The translations under genes and the position numbers were made by a program. Of a stretch of 64,000 nucleotides of DNA, positions 12,701 through 27,078 are shown in pieces. The notes beneath the pieces were generated by a model. That model did no database searches and was not told where the DNA came from. It was given only the letters and a program-made list of their open reading frames with translations. Origin of the DNA: Tubulanus polymorphus (Eukaryota > Animalia > Nemertea); NCBI RefSeq assembly GCF_964204645.1, contig NC_134027.1:19244560-19308559 (forward strand). The letters are read 5' to 3'. Numbering within the stretch: the first letter of the stretch is position 1; every line of letters begins with the position of its first letter.

Positions 12701-15700
12701 TTACCAAGTAACCACTATACACTTACTTTGTTTGGTCATAACTGTTACACGTGGATCAACTTCCAACAATTGATAGTCGGTCACCTTCAACCACTTGGTG
12801 GGGCTCTTTAAGCCTGGCACATATCACGGAATAAACATTGACTTCATTGTCTACGCCAGAACATTTTTTGGGACGAATGGCGCACACTTAAATACACAGA
12901 AATGATTTTTCCGTTATTTGTTTTTAATGCTCTGTGTATACAGTTTTAACATTTTAAACCCGTTTAAATGCGTGGTGTAGCATCAGTTGTTCTGTGGTAC
13001 TGATAATTTCAGACCAATAGAACATAATTGCGTGGTAGAGACAGGTATAGACTGTAGTTAGCTGAATTTTTGTTTGTTGTTCCATTAAATCAACGTCACG
13101 TTTGTTAGCTATTGAACGTACGTGACTCGTGTCGAATGGCGCTAATTTTTTGCTATAATCGAACTCTGAAATGTAAATAATGTCACGCCCTGGGGTATGT
13201 TTGTTGTTGGTAAGTTGCTGAAGGTAAGTAGGTTTATCAGTATACGTGATGAGGATACGCGATGAGGCAGTGGAGCATCTCTCCAGGGATTTTCAATGCG
13301 CTGCAAGTACATTTAACCGATTGAATCTACATTGATGATGCTGTGCTGCATCACTTGATGGATTTACGCCAGCTCTGATGCAGTATTCATCGAAAAGAAT
13401 CCTTGTGTTCAGTCACATCTCAGTGTATTGCTGCATTCACACAGACACCAGTTAGACCAGTCTGAATTGGCCTGTTGTAGGAACGAGCACAATTTAGAAT
13501 GGACCAAATCAAGCACAGGCCAAATTTGACTCGGACCTGATCGGTACGAATTTGGCTCGGGCCAAATTGTATCGGTGTAGTCATGGCTCTTACACCGTGA
13601 CGTGCTCTTTGGCTACAATTCTAGTACAAATTAGTACAAATTTAGTAAAACTATATATGAAAGGGGGAATGTGATATGACTAGATTCAAAACATTTGATT
13701 ACTATTGATTTATGTTATCGCCGAATCTTTCAACGCCTGACGACCTTACTTTTTAAGTCAACCCTTTTTTCATCAGTCATCCAATTATTATTCAATCGAA
13801 ACGTTTTAGGTAAATTTGTTTTCACGCGAGATAAGATCGCAGCAGGTACCGCTGTACAGTGAGTGTCTCTCAGCACGAGACTCGCCCATCGCAGTAATTA
13901 CGCTAATGTAGAAACTTCAACGAAAATGTTTGGCTTGAATTGAAATGACTGCGTGAAATAAACCATCTCGCTTGGAAGAAGTTGCGAATGAATATCAATT
14001 TGCCAATGTGTCAACATGCTGCTCCGTTTTCATAATAACTTATGATGTTTCTCTCGGTTTCCCCAAAGTGGTGTATCTTTTACTTATAATTGCGTTTGTC
14101 TACCATGAAACTAACTGATTGCTGCATCTGATATTAACAGCAGTAATGGAAATAAAATATAACTGATATTTGAATGTGTATATATGTTCAACTTGCGGTT
14201 AAAACTAAACACAAAAAATTTCAACGTATTCAATTCGGCAGCCAACAAAGTTAACCCCAATCAGTCACTTGCCGGTTCGGGCTGGTTGGAAGATTGTTTG
14301 AATGAACCAGAACCGGAATTTCCAATTATGTACTTTGATTAAACTTCTGTAATTTCCCGTGTTTCGCTACTTGCAGGTGTGGTGGGTTTGCAAGAGATAC
14401 TCAACCAAAACAAATGAAATCTACCGAACAAATAAATTACAGGATCAATCCCTATTTCAAGATTTTATAAAACTGACCACAGATGTGTAAACTATAATAA
14501 TAAAATTTGAAGCGGCATCCTCGAAGTGGACCTTTTATCTAGGATTGAAATGTATCAAAGTCTTCTAAACTGATGATTGTGACTCCCATAGATAATGAAA
14601 ATACAGCCCAAAGAGATTTGCATAAAAAATGTGGCACTATTTTCCGCAATTTCGGTTGTTCAAAGGAAACCCCCTTGCCCTTGATCAGTGAGAATTTTTC
14701 ATGTTACAATTTGCGTCTTGTGTTTCACTTGAATATTTATGAAGAGTTGCTCTGCCACGCAACTGACCTCCTGAATATGACTTGATAAATTCTCTCAGTA
14801 ATGAGTTTATTCTGAATCAATGATGTATGGTAACTCATCACCGGTTCCGGTGTATAGCGGTTATCAGTAGTGATCGGCTTGCCATAATTATATGACCAGA
14901 TTAAACTTAATCTTACTACGGAGGTCGAAAGTTCTAGGCGAATTGATGTGTATGCTCAGGGGGATATCTCCGCAATTGGCTTCATTTCTTGTTGTGTCTT
15001 TTAACTATGGCACTTATGCCTGAATAGAACAGAACTGGGAAAACTTTTGCGTGTCGAATGCCAAGGAGTTAGGGTCCTAATGCAGATTGAAACTTGCAAG
15101 CCAGTCTGAATTTTATGTGTAAGTTTTAGAATTACAAGCCTGGTCTTCGATATTGAACACTGGAATTGATTTAAGTCCAGTTTCGGATCGAGCAACCATT
15201 CATAGTGGTGCTAAATGTGCCTGTTTCATGCGGGATGATTTTGGCCTGACCAAAAACATCGGATTAGGCCTGTGTCAAATTTTAGCACAGTACAAATTTA
15301 TTCTCTGTGAATGCCAAATGAATCACCTTGCTTGTCACAACGCCATCTTGACAACATTTTACTAACAAGTAAAAGATCTAAGCATGAACTTGCTCTCTAA
15401 TTAAGCATGTCAGATCATGACTTAAAATCGAATGGGCCAGTTTAGCACAGACTTTTGCCAGTGGGAAGCTTGGTATGTTCCATATTTGAGCCTACTTAAC
15501 TAATTTTAGAAAATTGCGAGGAGAAATTTGCATCAGGTCAGCGCTTGCCTGAGTGGATATTTATGAGCTTTCTGTCCACTCTGATAATTATGCATATGGA
15601 CAGCATGACTGCATAGATTCAGTGTGCCTTGATATTCATTGCCACAAACTTTCTAAATATGTACAAATTCTCTGTTGTACAAAATTTGAATTTTAATTGA

Positions 15701-15818
15701 AATTTTGATGCCGTGTTTTTAATCACGTTGGTAACTCGTGTTTTTAATGACATTGGTATCTCTTGTTTATAGAAGGTAAATCAATTATTTTTTCTACAGT
15801 TGTCTGTTTTGTTTGATA

Positions 15819-16376
15819 AGCCGCGTTCACACTAGATTCGGCGCTCATGGAGTACCGTACTTTGCTGGTGCCAAATTTGGCCTGTGCCCAATTAGAGAGC
15901 GCGTTCACACGCAAACCATTCACTCGATACAACAATGCTCAAACAAAGGGAAGTGGATCATTTCCGGTGCCAGTTGCAATTCAAACGAAATCATTTGTCT
16001 TGTACTAAAATTAGGGTCGGGCCTGGTCCGACGTTTTTGGTCGGGCCAAAATTGGCCTGGGCCAAATCTTAAGCCCAGTATAGTAGTCACACGGTGTGCC
16101 GATAGAGCAGAGTGTAATTAGTGTATTGTACTACGAAGATGTACGCAGCAGTAGAAGAATACGCACCTAGCTAAGCGCCAAATCTGCGTTCACACTACAG
16201 AAACTACGCAACCAGCTCAGTGCCGTACTGAGATTGGGTTTTCGACACCGAATCCCATTCCGCGCTTAATAAGCCGTGTATTTGAGTATCGAACTGAAAA
16301 AGCCGCGAACTGGCCTCGTATTATTTCAAAGTGTGAACGCTTAGTACTGCACTGAAATCCTAGTGTGAACGCAGCT
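15819..16376. mobile_element. Harbinger-type MITE (family B), 558 bp
   Basis: TIR AGCCGCGTTCACACTAG / CTAGTGTGAACGCAGCT with a perfect 3-bp TSD ATA (15816-15818 and 16377-16379). Internal GCGTTCACAC and GGCCAAATTTGG repeats. Confidence 0.88.
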
Positions 16377-16899
16377 ATAGACAAATTCAAAGAAGGTGTT
16401 TTAACTTCCTATGTGAAGGTCACTAGGATTATTGCTCATGAAATGCAATGTGAAAGATAGTGGCTGAAGTGCATGAGATAGTGGATTAACATTATTCTAA
16501 GTTCAATTCACATTTTTGTTGCCTCTGTATCATATTTCTGATGATGGAAAACAATTAGAACTAATTTGTTTCATGTTTGAAGCTTTTTGTGAATCCGAAC
16601 CCATAAATTGAATCGACATTCTGGTCTGAAGCGCTTCCTTAATCATCATTAGCAAAGTACCTTAACATAATCAATATGTATTAATATGTATTAAGTCCAT
16701 TGATGACAGGATACCGGACTATGTAATCAGTATTCTGAATGTCTGACCTGAGTTTGACTTATCCAAGAGTCATTATCGGTCAAATATACATAAAACCACC
16801 CACTAATACACCCTAAATACTTCATAGTTCATTGATCCTCTTGGATTATGACTCTTAAGAGAGATCATTAAAAGCATGTTAGTCTACTCCTGTTTTCTG

Positions 16900-17450
16900 T
16901 TACCAGGTTTATGGCACGTCTTGGATGGTCATTGATATTTCACATGAGAATGTTAGATGCCATTATGTATTGCATCAAGGTCATGATGCCCTCCAAGATG
17001 GCCGATTGGCAGCCATCTATGTACCAAAAATGTCAATTATTTGGCCTATGACTGAATGCATTTTATATAGAGCATTGATATTTCACATGAGAATGTAACA
17101 TGGCATTATATACCGGTATATGAATCTAGGTTATAATGCCATACAAGATGGCTGACTATTTAAAAAAAGTACATTTTGGGCTATAACTATGATAATAGTT
17201 CCACTTCTATGAAAATCAATGGCAGTGTGCGCCATACTTCATTTTCGCCGCTCCAGTTGAGAGGTCCAACCTTATTAAGGATGGTAGCTATTCACTATCC
17301 AATACTGCCGCTATGGCGGCCATCTTGAATTTCTCATTAACACTGTTGATACAGTCTTTAAACTTAAATGATTTTACTGAATCTAGTTGTATGAGCTGGG
17401 GCAGGTGAGAGGCCTACCTCTATTGAAAACTGCTATTATCCTGTCAAATA
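16900..17450 (+). repeat. HINE-like repeat with a tandem unit of about 140 bp and CAAGATGGC/GCCATCTTG cores
   Basis: CATTGATATTTCACATGAGAATGT occurs at 16930 and 17073. Segment 17310-17430 resembles 52130-52250. Confidence 0.6.
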
Positions 17451-18832
17451 AGGTCAACATGTTGCCATCAGTCTTTCTGACAGTGATTCTACCATTTAAT
17501 TGTAATGATTAAGAAGTGACAGTGAAACAAATAACATGCTCTCACAGTGGATCAAACCTGATCGTGTACACAGGCGAGTGTGGTAAGCAGCACTTGGCTA
17601 GTGGTTTTATAGCAGTTAATTGTAAGACGCATGTAATTTTTACAAAAAATCTTCTCTTCATGAAATGAATATTAATGTTAAAAAGATAGCAGTTAATCGT
17701 ACTACAAGCTTTTTGATTGGTAAGTTGAATTCATGATAATGGTTTCAGCTCAGGATTAAGTTTCTTTCGTAGTGTGTGAAGTTGTTAATTGAACGATTTC
17801 GAGGTCAGGAATATAATTGTATCTGGTTGTACTCTCCGCTTTCAGTCAGCATGATACACGCGCAGTATGGTTCTATGGTATATCATAGTGAATCGATATA
17901 TGGTCTGAAATTGATGAACTGTAGCCATTGATTTAATATGCTTGGCTAAATTACGATTGATTGTCAAAGTGTCTGGCTGCATTTCTAATAAATCAAATTT
18001 TTCCTTCATAAATCGGCTCAAATCAATACGATCGTAACTAGTAATGATTATTAACACTGCAGTATCGAAGTCCCAAATTAGTTTCACCTGTCTACGGCTA
18101 ACGGGCATCAAGTTCGATTTGTCATGAATTTGATATTTAATTCAGGTAAAGCTAAGAAACCACAGAATTTGTACTTAAAGCGGGTGCGTAGAGTCCTCAT
18201 TGCTTATAACGTAACGCAACTTGGCAATTAGGTGGAATATGATGCGATCCACAGCAGTGGTGTGTGACTCTGTCAGTCTCATCTGAAACGCAGTCAGTTG
18301 CAACTGGGAGAGGCGATTGCGTCATGTCGCAGCAAGTAGAACATGTATGACTAGTTGCGACTGAGGAGTTTGACTGGTCTTTGGGACATATTCGTCATTG
18401 GTGATAGCAGCATTGCACCGAGGTTGCAAGGCTGACCTTTACCTGGCCTTACATTATCTGCTATTGATAATCTCTAGAATGGAATGTCAACTTGTCGCCT
18501 TGATCTGCGACCCCTCAGATATTAAGTTTTTTCTGAGTATTCAGAGATTGCTTTTGAAGGTGTGGTGAATAATGTCTAATGTTGGGTGTTCCATTTGTTA
18601 GCTCATTTCAATCAATTCTGTCCCGGGTGAAGTTTTTCCTAATGCATTTCTAAACATAATTTCAAATCCATCCATACAAGTATGGTAATATAAGTAGGCA
18701 ATAAATAAGTTAGATACTTGCTGACAACACAGATGACCCTGGCAAAGCAAGAGAGTTTTTAGTTGTAGTTCCAGATCAGTAGGAATTTCCAAATACGCAG
18801 TTCAAGATAAGTTTGTGGTACGTCATTGGATC

Positions 18833-18960
18833 CTGTTTCGCAGTCATGATTATATCCAAAAGACAGTGGTCTTTAATCTTACAACTGGTCTTATTTTGTT
18901 AGTTTGGCTATGGTTAGACTGGCCTCAAATCTAAGCCAATGATTGTGGACCGTGCCCCTG
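18833..18960 (+). mobile_element. MITE family A copy (diverged)
   Basis: GTGGTCTTTAATCTT...ACTGGTCTT...TTAGACTGG...ATCTAAGCC core shared with the other copies. Confidence 0.6.
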
Positions 18961-20167
18961 AACTGCAACGTTAAATATGATTACGTGAGCAAGGTTTCGA
19001 CCTTCACCTCTACCAATTATGTCCTTAAAAATGGACAGCCAGAGCTTCATGGTCGAAGACCGAAAACACGGTGAACAGCTTTAGCTCACCTGGTCGATAA
19101 TTTGTAACTGAAGGGTCGTGACTGGACGAATGAGACTTTTATTAAATAATAAACAGATTAGTTCAGGGAACACTCAATGCTGAACATTGCTGTAGGCTTC
19201 TCCGCGTTGACATAAGCACAATCTTTACATACATTCAGCCCTTGATATTGCTTTGATAAGGATGGCAGTGGATTCTGATATATCCGCTCTGTCTCTAGAG
19301 GCATAGACAGAAGTGATCATCGCTGCAAACGCAATCAGTAAAATGCTATGAAGTGTATATCTCATCTCTCGTAGTGCGTCATGCTTCAGCAAATAATCTA
19401 ATATGAATTCAGAATTTCCAATTCTCAATTTCGTCATCGAAATCTTCAAATATATAAATGAATTAAATTCAGAAATTCTGATGAGTTGATCAGATACTGT
19501 ATAAGAAATTGATAAAGTTTTATTTGAGTTGGGACTGACCAGCTAGCTGGTAAAAGTATTGGCGATTTATAGTAGACCCACCCTTTTTCACTGTGTAGAG
19601 TTTGAACTGACCCGTGCCTACCATACTTGATAGTGTGAGCTGATACATGGGTTTGCTTGACTCTTTTTAAGAAGTCTTTTTCACATGTATGTCGTGCTAA
19701 CTATTCAATCTAGCTCCTTGTGTCATACTTGTTGAAGTGATTGAGAATGAGAAGGTTATCATAATCAGAACTAATCGTAATTTTGTTTTGTGGTTAAGAC
19801 GTATCATTTTGATGAAAGTTTTGTTGGTTTCAGCCCAACTTTACCCTAGTGGACTATTGAAATTTGTTTTCGTGTGTTTTTTCGGTTGAAGAATCCTATC
19901 CTTAGCTTCATTTTTTCCACTTAAGGATCACAGATTTGATAATCAGCCAGTTTATCATAGATGGTACAGCTTCGGCATAAATCATACAAGCTATTGGGAC
20001 GACTAAAGGGAACCAACAAATTGATCTGAAGTATTCATTACTGCCAACCACGACTGTCTTGTTACTTAAAACCACGAGTGTAAATTATGAACAATATTGG
20101 CATCAGTTTTCATAAAGAAACAGACGGTAATACTCACCGGTAGTGCTTAGTAGTGCTAGTAGCTATA

Positions 20168-20419
20168 AGCTGCGATCACACGAAGACGATTTGGCCCAGA
20201 CCAAATTAGCAAGGATCAGGCCTAATTAGAGAGTGTGTTCACATGTAAACCACTCACTCGATACTAAACAGTGCTCCAACAATGCGAATTCACACGCAAT
20301 ATGATTTGACCCGTGCTTAGATTTGGCTCATTTGGCACCCAAACAGTTTTTCATGTGAATAGTAACTGTTGATCCAAGCCAAATTTGACACGGGCAAAAA
20401 AGCAAGTGTGATCGTGGCT
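20168..20419. mobile_element. Harbinger-type MITE (family B), about 250 bp
   Basis: TIR AGCTGCGATCACAC / GTGTGATCGTGGCT with flanks ATA and TTA. Internal sequence is collinear with 15870-16020. Confidence 0.8.
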
Positions 20420-22184
20420 TTAGGCTGGTGGAAGCCCTATGGCTCTTGTTAAGAATAAACCAATTGGGATAAAATGGTCCTGTCATTGCAGATTGATACT
20501 TGCATAGTATTGATATTGTGTAGTGTAACGGCTTGTCATATCAGAAGGGTTTATCTCTGAAAACTTAAAGGAGTTAAAGTAGGATTAGAAACATCCTGAA
20601 GTTTCTATCAAAATGGCAGAATATGTGTATTTGGAAATGTTGAGTGAAGCCCATACGGAAAGTTTCGGTCTTGTTTCCATAAGGAGTTAGATATTACATT
20701 ATACACAATTTGTCTATTTACATTGGTGCCTCTGCATATTTCATAACCGCAATCAATTTCCAAGTTGTAGCTCATGACATGTTCTATGATTGTTCTAAGT
20801 TTTAAGGTTGTTGGTTTCTGTTCATCTTCATCAGAGGGCATTGAATTGCGGAATCACATGGTATTTCCATTCATGTTGGCCCGTGCATAGCCCCAATCTA
20901 TTGCAAAGTTATAGCTCATGACATGCTCTATGATTGATAAATTCATTGTTTGAATATTGCGATCGTAGGATTGTCGGGCATTTCACCAAATGGGCATGGT
21001 GTCCCTGGTCCCCTAGTTCATCATACACACCTACCGCTTATCTCGCAAGCCCCATGAGGTTAAATTCTAGACGTATCGGCCCCACTCTGCGTGGTTGCGC
21101 CACCGCGCGGGATTTACGCGAAGCAGCAAACACAAACATGGCCACTCTCTCAATTTTCAATGATAGAAATCGTGTGTGCATTTCAATTATTTTGGCTTTT
21201 AGGGTTTTAAGGCACAATATAAGTTGATGATGTGATATGGCGATGTTAATTAATGATAATTCCGCAGTGAAGCTAGTCACGAACGGTGCCGATTGAGTGT
21301 ACAGCTGCCAAAAACACTAAAATGTGCGTAGTTACGTAACTATTTGCAGTGAATTGCAGACGAAACATGAAGCCTTAACGGCCGTTTAAAAAAAAATTAT
21401 ACCAATTGCAATTGTAAAATAAAAATGAGGTAGAACCTAAGTTAAAATTCTGGCCATTTCTAAAATGTTATTACTAATTTTTAGGCAGTGCCGAACGTTT
21501 AGTTTTCCAACAATAATAAGGGGTGGTAGGTAGTCATGCAATTCAAGTCATCATTTATTACACATTACTTCCATGTTGTTGAAAATCTCGCGAGTCCTGG
21601 ACCAAACCCCATTGAACAATGTGATCTGTGTGCTGGCCACAAATGCACACAGATCACACTATGCTACCCATTACACACTCCAGTACCCACAGCTTTCATA
21701 TATCCATCCAAATATTTAGAGTGTCTTTCTTCCTGGGTCAATCTGTTTAAAGTGATATTTACCTGCATTGTGGCAAGATTTCCTTGTACCTGATATTCAG
21801 AAACTGCTCATAATTCTGCCTTTTATATTGTCGAACTCAATCCTTATGTGCTCTACTTCACCCAAATAACTAGGCAACTTCACATCCTGAAGATATTGCT
21901 AGTTGGAGGAATATGACACCGTGCTGCGTCTGGAAAAAACCTGTAGCTATATTCGTCTCAATTACACGGATCTTTTACATTGTATGTTGCCTGGCATTTG
22001 AGATAGCAGTTTAAATTATTGACCATTCGCAGGGTTTGAAAACCCATTGACCCTGATCAAATAGCCTGGTTTCCATCTTTTTACCCTCAATCCACTGAAC
22101 CCCCGCATACAGCATTATTCGATGTTTATATCTTCCCAATTAACGAGAGAGAGAGAGACCAGAGAAGAATCTTTAATGTAGACA

Positions 22185-22265
22185 CTGTCGCCATTAGGAT
22201 TCGACCCCACGAACCCTGCATTGTTGGGACCAGCAGCCAATAATTCAAACCACTGGGCCACTATA
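22185..22265 (-). mobile_element. tRNA-derived SINE head (Pol III A and B boxes)
   Basis: Minus strand reads TGGCCCAGTGG (A box) and GGGTCGAATCC (B box-like) about 45 nt downstream. No convincing cloverleaf. Confidence 0.55.
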
Positions 22266-25200
22266 TTCAAAAGTTAATTCACTGGGCTTCAAACTCATCA
22301 ACCAGTAGACTATCCCTGAGGATGACGGTAGCAAATTTCGCAGTGTTTTGTACTAATACAGAATCCAGTTCCACAGCTGTGAGTAGATGCTGCTTAATCC
22401 AGATTCAATTGATTTGCGTTTTGATATATTCTGGATTTTAGTCACGGTCCACCTATACATGCAGGTTTTTCATAAACCGGATTTATTTCATACTTCTAAA
22501 GTGATCCAGATTATGCGGGTTGGTTGTGTTGATATTAATAGATTGAGGTATAATGATGGTTGTCACTTTGCAGCCAAAAGAGTAGCTTTGCGGGTGTATG
22601 AAAATATCTTAATGATAACAAGTTGGGTTTAAAATCTAAGTTGAGTTAGATATTCAAGAATCAACCATTTTGACTCGACTAGAACGCTAAACTGAATTGA
22701 GCTAATTCCAACCAATGGAATGAATTTCAAGGAATTTCGCAGAAATGGTTCCAGATTAATATACAGGGAATAAGTTTCAGATGCGGTGCTGAAGAAGAGT
22801 GAATTGATGTACATTGCGTTTAGGAAATCCCTTTAACTATTACCGGTGAAACACATCAGGGAGACACAAGGCAAATTTATCCAAGAATTGCGAATTCAGT
22901 CGTGGATTTCATTACCATGTCAGATCTTCCCGACGGCAAGTTTCAGCTACGAATCCATTCGGTTGATAGATTATGCCACGTCCCCAGTATGAAAAATGTT
23001 CAATACTTTTCGCTGATTTTTGTTCAAACGCGTCGGCATAATCAGTGGACATGCTTGGGAGATCTCGTATGGAAATTTAAGTGTTGATTGGTAAATCGCG
23101 TTGGTGGAGGAGCGGATCATATAATCGGTGAATATTCAATGTGGATTACGTGTTCATTACCGGACTCTTCCAGACCTGCCAACCATTCTGTTTTTCCCGG
23201 AATGGTTACGTCAATGAAAGTGAAATTATTATTATTATTGAATAGATATCATTTATTACACGAATCTAAGTCGTCATATGATTCATTTACTTGCTTTTGC
23301 GGTAAATCACGCCAGAATAAATTTTCAACGATCTTTGGCGGAACACTGACTGCTTTGTGACTCGCTATTATGAAGTTTTGGCAGCTACTGCCATCTATGT
23401 AGAATTGAAAATGGCGTCTGGTGAGGATAATTCTGTCATGTCTGATCCCGAGTTTTCTTCAATCCATCATCTCAATCTGAGCCTAGTGGACACACACGAT
23501 TCTGAACTTGAGACAGAACGTACAGAAGAAGGTCCCACCAAAAAATCATTTGATTTTGATAGATGAAATTTTGATTTTTGTGTTCAGTTAAGGAAACTAC
23601 TTATTTTTCATGAAAACTACCAGTTAAACCAGTTGAACCGGTTGGTTCCTTAGAAATTATTGAAAATACTTAAAATTTAGATATGTGTTACTTGGAAAAA
23701 AATTCAGGGTTGGTGATAACAAAACTATAGTGATTTGTTAGAGTGCGCTGGCCTTGACAAAACTAGAATGATTTGGCAAGGTCTTTGGTCATGAGTTAAT
23801 TGTTTACAAACTAGTCTGCTGTTCCAGAAGTGGAAATGTCCATTTCGTAAAAGAGTCTCAGTGATACGGATAGAAAATTTTGCATCTACCTTCAACTCAA
23901 TTCTATGCTTGAAACATCAACTATTATTACTTTATTGATTTTGATTTGGTTGTTTGCCAAGAGGCCATTTCAAATCCTTTGCATTTTGTTGTTATGAATA
24001 TCACCATATTTGTGAATTTTTACTAATCATTGAGTGATATTTTTTTATCACGTTGAGTTCCTTCCTTTTTGATTTTTGACAATTCAACAGATAAGGTTTG
24101 GATACCCAACCAAAAACCTTTAGAAAATGAAGCAGTATTGATAGTCAATGTAGGAGGAACACATGAAAAGGGCTTATAACAGATTAATTTGAATTTAATT
24201 TCCATGTAGCTTTCTTCCAGTGTGTCTGCGTAATGTTGAAGGAATTAGGCTTACTCTCAAGATGTATGTTATTACGTGACATTTATTAATCCCACTATTA
24301 CACTTTTTCCCATTGATATCTACTGATCGAGCTCCCTCTCCCCACTCCCTCTACTTATCTCGCATCATCAAGATCCCCATGACGGAATTTTTTTGAATGT
24401 ATTTGATAATAACTTCGTAGCATTGCAGTATATGGTGTATGTCATGAAATATCACTGAGTCCTTCATTATCTATTTTCACATCATTTGATGTGACATGGG
24501 CATTTCCACCAGGACCAAGTTTCTGTCCGTTTAACTATGGACTCTCTATAACAAATTTATTATTTACCAGCACTAACCAGATGGCGCAATAATTCGTTGC
24601 GTTAATCGTGGCGAAAATTAGTTCATTTTCAATTAGATCTGAACTTTGAGGCTTCCTAAAGCGAAAAAGATCAAACAATTGATCGGATAGAAGATTTGCT
24701 TTCTCCGTGCATCGTTAAGATTTCACTTTTAATTGATTTACTAATGAGGGAAGTGGATTCGAATTTAATTGATATGTAGAGAAATCAAAGCACAGTAACC
24801 CATTAACCACTAGCATACCTGGTGAATCATCGCAGAATCCGCCACAATAAGGTTGCTGCCGATAGTTGTTCAGAATTGTTCAGTAAATATTTCAAGTATA
24901 AAACAGTCCCCTGGTAATCACATAGTGCAAAAAATACGAAATATGTATTATTTATGAGTAACGGAGGATGACGGCATGCATATCTCCCACAAGTCCAGTA
25001 ATCCACTATGTTGTTTATAGCGAACATCAATGAGAACTTCAATAATTCTTACAAATGTCTTGTTGAATCTATCCACTACTACTATAACATATGATATACC
25101 CCGAGCCCTCTGAGATTCATAGCTTATACAACACAGTGTCAGTATCACTACTGTCAGATTTACTGCTTGGTTTAATAATCGCAGTCAGGTTTTATGTAGG

Positions 25201-26869
25201 ATTTGTTTTGACTCATAATCTCACAATGGCAGAAATTGAGTCCCCGAAGTAAGGGTATTCGAGTTTCGATGGCTCCAATGTTTCATTCCAAGCTTTATTG
25301 ACTCAGAGTAATTATTTGGGTGTAAATGACTATAAAGTTGGGGATTCAGTGACTCATTTTATTTACTGGATAGAATAACATCAGGGTTTTTTTTCAATTA
25401 TTTATTCATAGATTGAGGGTAAATTAAGGTTTGATATCGCTGGACTCTAGATGTTTGGATATTTGGTGTTTGAGCCCAAATGACCTAAGGTTTATTAATG
25501 AACTTCCAATATACTCCTTTAGTGGCCAGGGTTAAATGCAGGACTATCCGAATTAATCCCTAGATTTAAGATGAAGGCATTTTGAAGATGAAACAAGGCC
25601 CATTATTGGTTTCAATAGCAACAGGGCGATACGCACAATAACGAGTGAATGCCTAACTAACACAGTACATCAAATAGACCTGTATGAATACTGCTTTTGC
25701 ATACGAGATCTAAGACCGTAAGAGCTTTGATATGACCAAAATCGGATTAACTTAGATTGTCGCATGTAGAGTGTTCTTATTTTGTCATGTAGGATATAAC
25801 ATAGGCCGCGGATCGACGATATTCTACATCTGTGTGTTACATCCAGTTTAATGAATGACACGTACGCCAAGTCAAGGAAGAAATTGCGACGATTTTAAAG
25901 ATGTCATTCGCCGAACAAAATCATCGCCTCCGACAATGTCTGCGTGCGTGTATGTAGGCAAATCGATTGGCTTCGATGATGTTCAAATTACTAATGCTAA
26001 TTATCAATAATAAAACGTAAAAGCGTTGCACGATTCTCCGCAGATACAACGGCGACGGCTAGGCGCTCATTAAAAAACGCGTTCGTCGAAATCAAATTCG
26101 ACGTCGCACAACGACGTCGTTTGCCGATAACAAAAAGACTAAACCTAATGAAAAATGAAGAGTCAGTTAAGTAGTACGATTACTACATAAATAACCAGTT
26201 TTTACACCCTGGATTATTATGTGTAAGTCCAGGATATGTGTATATGAGCTTTACTTCCTTATTCTCATTATGTCTCCCCTTGATTTCCGATATACGTAAT
26301 TACTAGTGTTAATTGGTACTGTAGAGTATTTATCATGTACGTCCTTCACTCGAGCAACACGAGAAATGTTTTCCCCGACTGAAAATCCTCTTAGTGTCAT
26401 GTTGCCAAACACTACGGTGTTCATGTTGGATTATAAGACACAGACACACGCAAACTGTGCAGTGTTCTGCCAGTACCAGCAGTACTGGTCTAATCAATCT
26501 TCTATTGGAAGACGACTTCATGATCTGAGACAGATCGTGCTTCATACCAACAAGAGTGGTACAATAGTACTAGTCCCAGATATGTAGTACATAATGGTAC
26601 TGGTGGCGTTACAGAGTGGTAGATCTATTAATGTAGGCCTACAACATAATCGTTCTGTAGTTCATAATTATTGATTTGTTGCGAGATGGTCAAAATAGTT
26701 CCCTTTCTGCAAAACTAGATCTCGGCTAATTTGTTAATAATGTAGAGGTAGAATGTGCTATTCAAGATAAATGTGACTTACAGAGGTACCTGCTTGCAAG
26801 GGCACTGGTATAAGGGCAGGGGCAGTGTCTTGGCGTAGGCACAGGGGTTCTGGAATAATCTGTATGACA

Positions 26870-27078
26870 TACATGGATACTGGTATTGTATCTGTCGTAC
26901 ATGGGTACTGGTATACTGGTTCTTGATGTACATGGATATTGGTATTGTAGCTAAGGTGCATGGGTACTGGTATATTGGTACATGATATACATGGATACTG
27001 GTATTGTACATGAGGTACATGGGTACTGTTATACTGGTACTAGTTTAATGGTCCATGAGGTTCATGGGTACTGGTATG
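26870..27078. repeat. Minisatellite with alternating units of about 28 and 31 bp
   Basis: Repeated CATGG(A/G)TACTGGTAT core. Confidence 0.9.

Noticed and set aside
21590-21630. SPGPNPIE resembling the Tc1 transposase motif SPDLNPIE
   Set aside because: No flanking DDE-domain similarity or TIRs. Probably coincidence or an unrelated decayed retroelement.
22185-22265. Functional tRNA gene
   Set aside because: A and B boxes are present but acceptor and anticodon stems do not pair convincingly, so it is called a SINE head.
26758-27078. CRISPR-like or repeat-protein appearance (YQYPC repeats)
   Set aside because: Degenerate tandem minisatellite with no unique spacers and no cas genes, in a eukaryotic context.
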